NCBI GenBank assembly: GCA_973895155.1 | Contig: OZ316898.1 | Span: 8,605,079 to 8,669,078 of the forward strand | DNA: 64,000 nucleotides | Origin: Marsupella aquatica | Taxonomy: Eukaryota > Plantae > Marchantiophyta | Reading direction: 5' to 3' | In this document: positions 63,491-64,000 of the stretch, one piece after another | Layout: each line of letters starts with the position of its first letter | How positions within the stretch are numbered: position 1 is the first letter of the stretch | The notes under the pieces: model-generated | Told to the model about the DNA's origin: nothing | The model's input: only the letters and a program-made list of their open reading frames with translations | The model's database searches: none | Translations under genes and position numbers: made by a program

Positions 63491-64000
63491 GCTTAATTGG
63501 AATACCCACTACGCTTTTTGAGTAAAGCTCCAGCCTACAAATTTTGAAACCCCTTGGTAGCAACAGCCCCCAAACAAAATAGCTGTAGGCCCAAATCTTC
63601 CTTGTTCCCACCAACAAAGGCGTTGTCTCTGGCGAGCAATTTTGGGTCAAAAGTAAAGACCCCCATTAGATCTCGAGGTTGTGTGCTTTGGATGGGGCTA
63701 AGTTTAGGCCCTCTTTATTTTCTCGAGACAGATTCTCCTTTCGATGGCTTATTATGATCCCTTACCGCAAGAAGTGGAGCTTTTCAAAGATTTCTGGTGA
63801 GGGGGGTAAAAGGGGGAGCGGTAGAACACTAAAACATTCCCCTGGTAACGGGATTTTCTGGTGGTGGGTTTGAACTAGTTGACGGCATATTATTTTGTAT
63901 TGGCTCGAGGATTGGTTCGAACTCCAGAAAATTGGCCTCCTTTTGAATGACCTCGAGGATTGGTTGGTTAGAATTCAAGGTTTACTGATGGGTAGGATTC

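Overview
Eukaryotic land-plant genomic DNA with spliceosomal GT-AG introns; the gene set suggests a non-seed plant such as a bryophyte (inference). I assembled exons by hand. Well-supported genes: the 3' end of a cytosolic methionyl-tRNA synthetase (+, to 1432); a divergent 3-exon MFT-like PEBP gene (-, 2770-3994); an 8-coding-exon MTHFR/MetF-like TIM-barrel gene (-, 10690-13175) that the ORF track does not reveal; and a MIXTA-like subgroup-9 R2R3-MYB (-, 33204-34792). Weaker candidates: an orphan single-pass membrane protein (+, 9261-10225), a small secreted Cys-containing peptide (+, 30428-30655) and spliced-looking transcripts at 19.8-21.3 kb and 28.5-29.9 kb. The rest, including about 29 kb upstream of the MYB, has no recognisable genes but many mobile-element relics. 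These include a solo LTR with a 5-bp TSD, a tRNA-derived SINE with a 15-bp TSD, a three-copy non-autonomous family bounded by TA(A/T)TT, a long-TIR foldback element, MITEs, LINE fragments and tandem duplications. There is one candidate miRNA-like hairpin (51704-51806). I found no CRISPR array, rRNA or intact tRNA. All alignments and folds are by eye.
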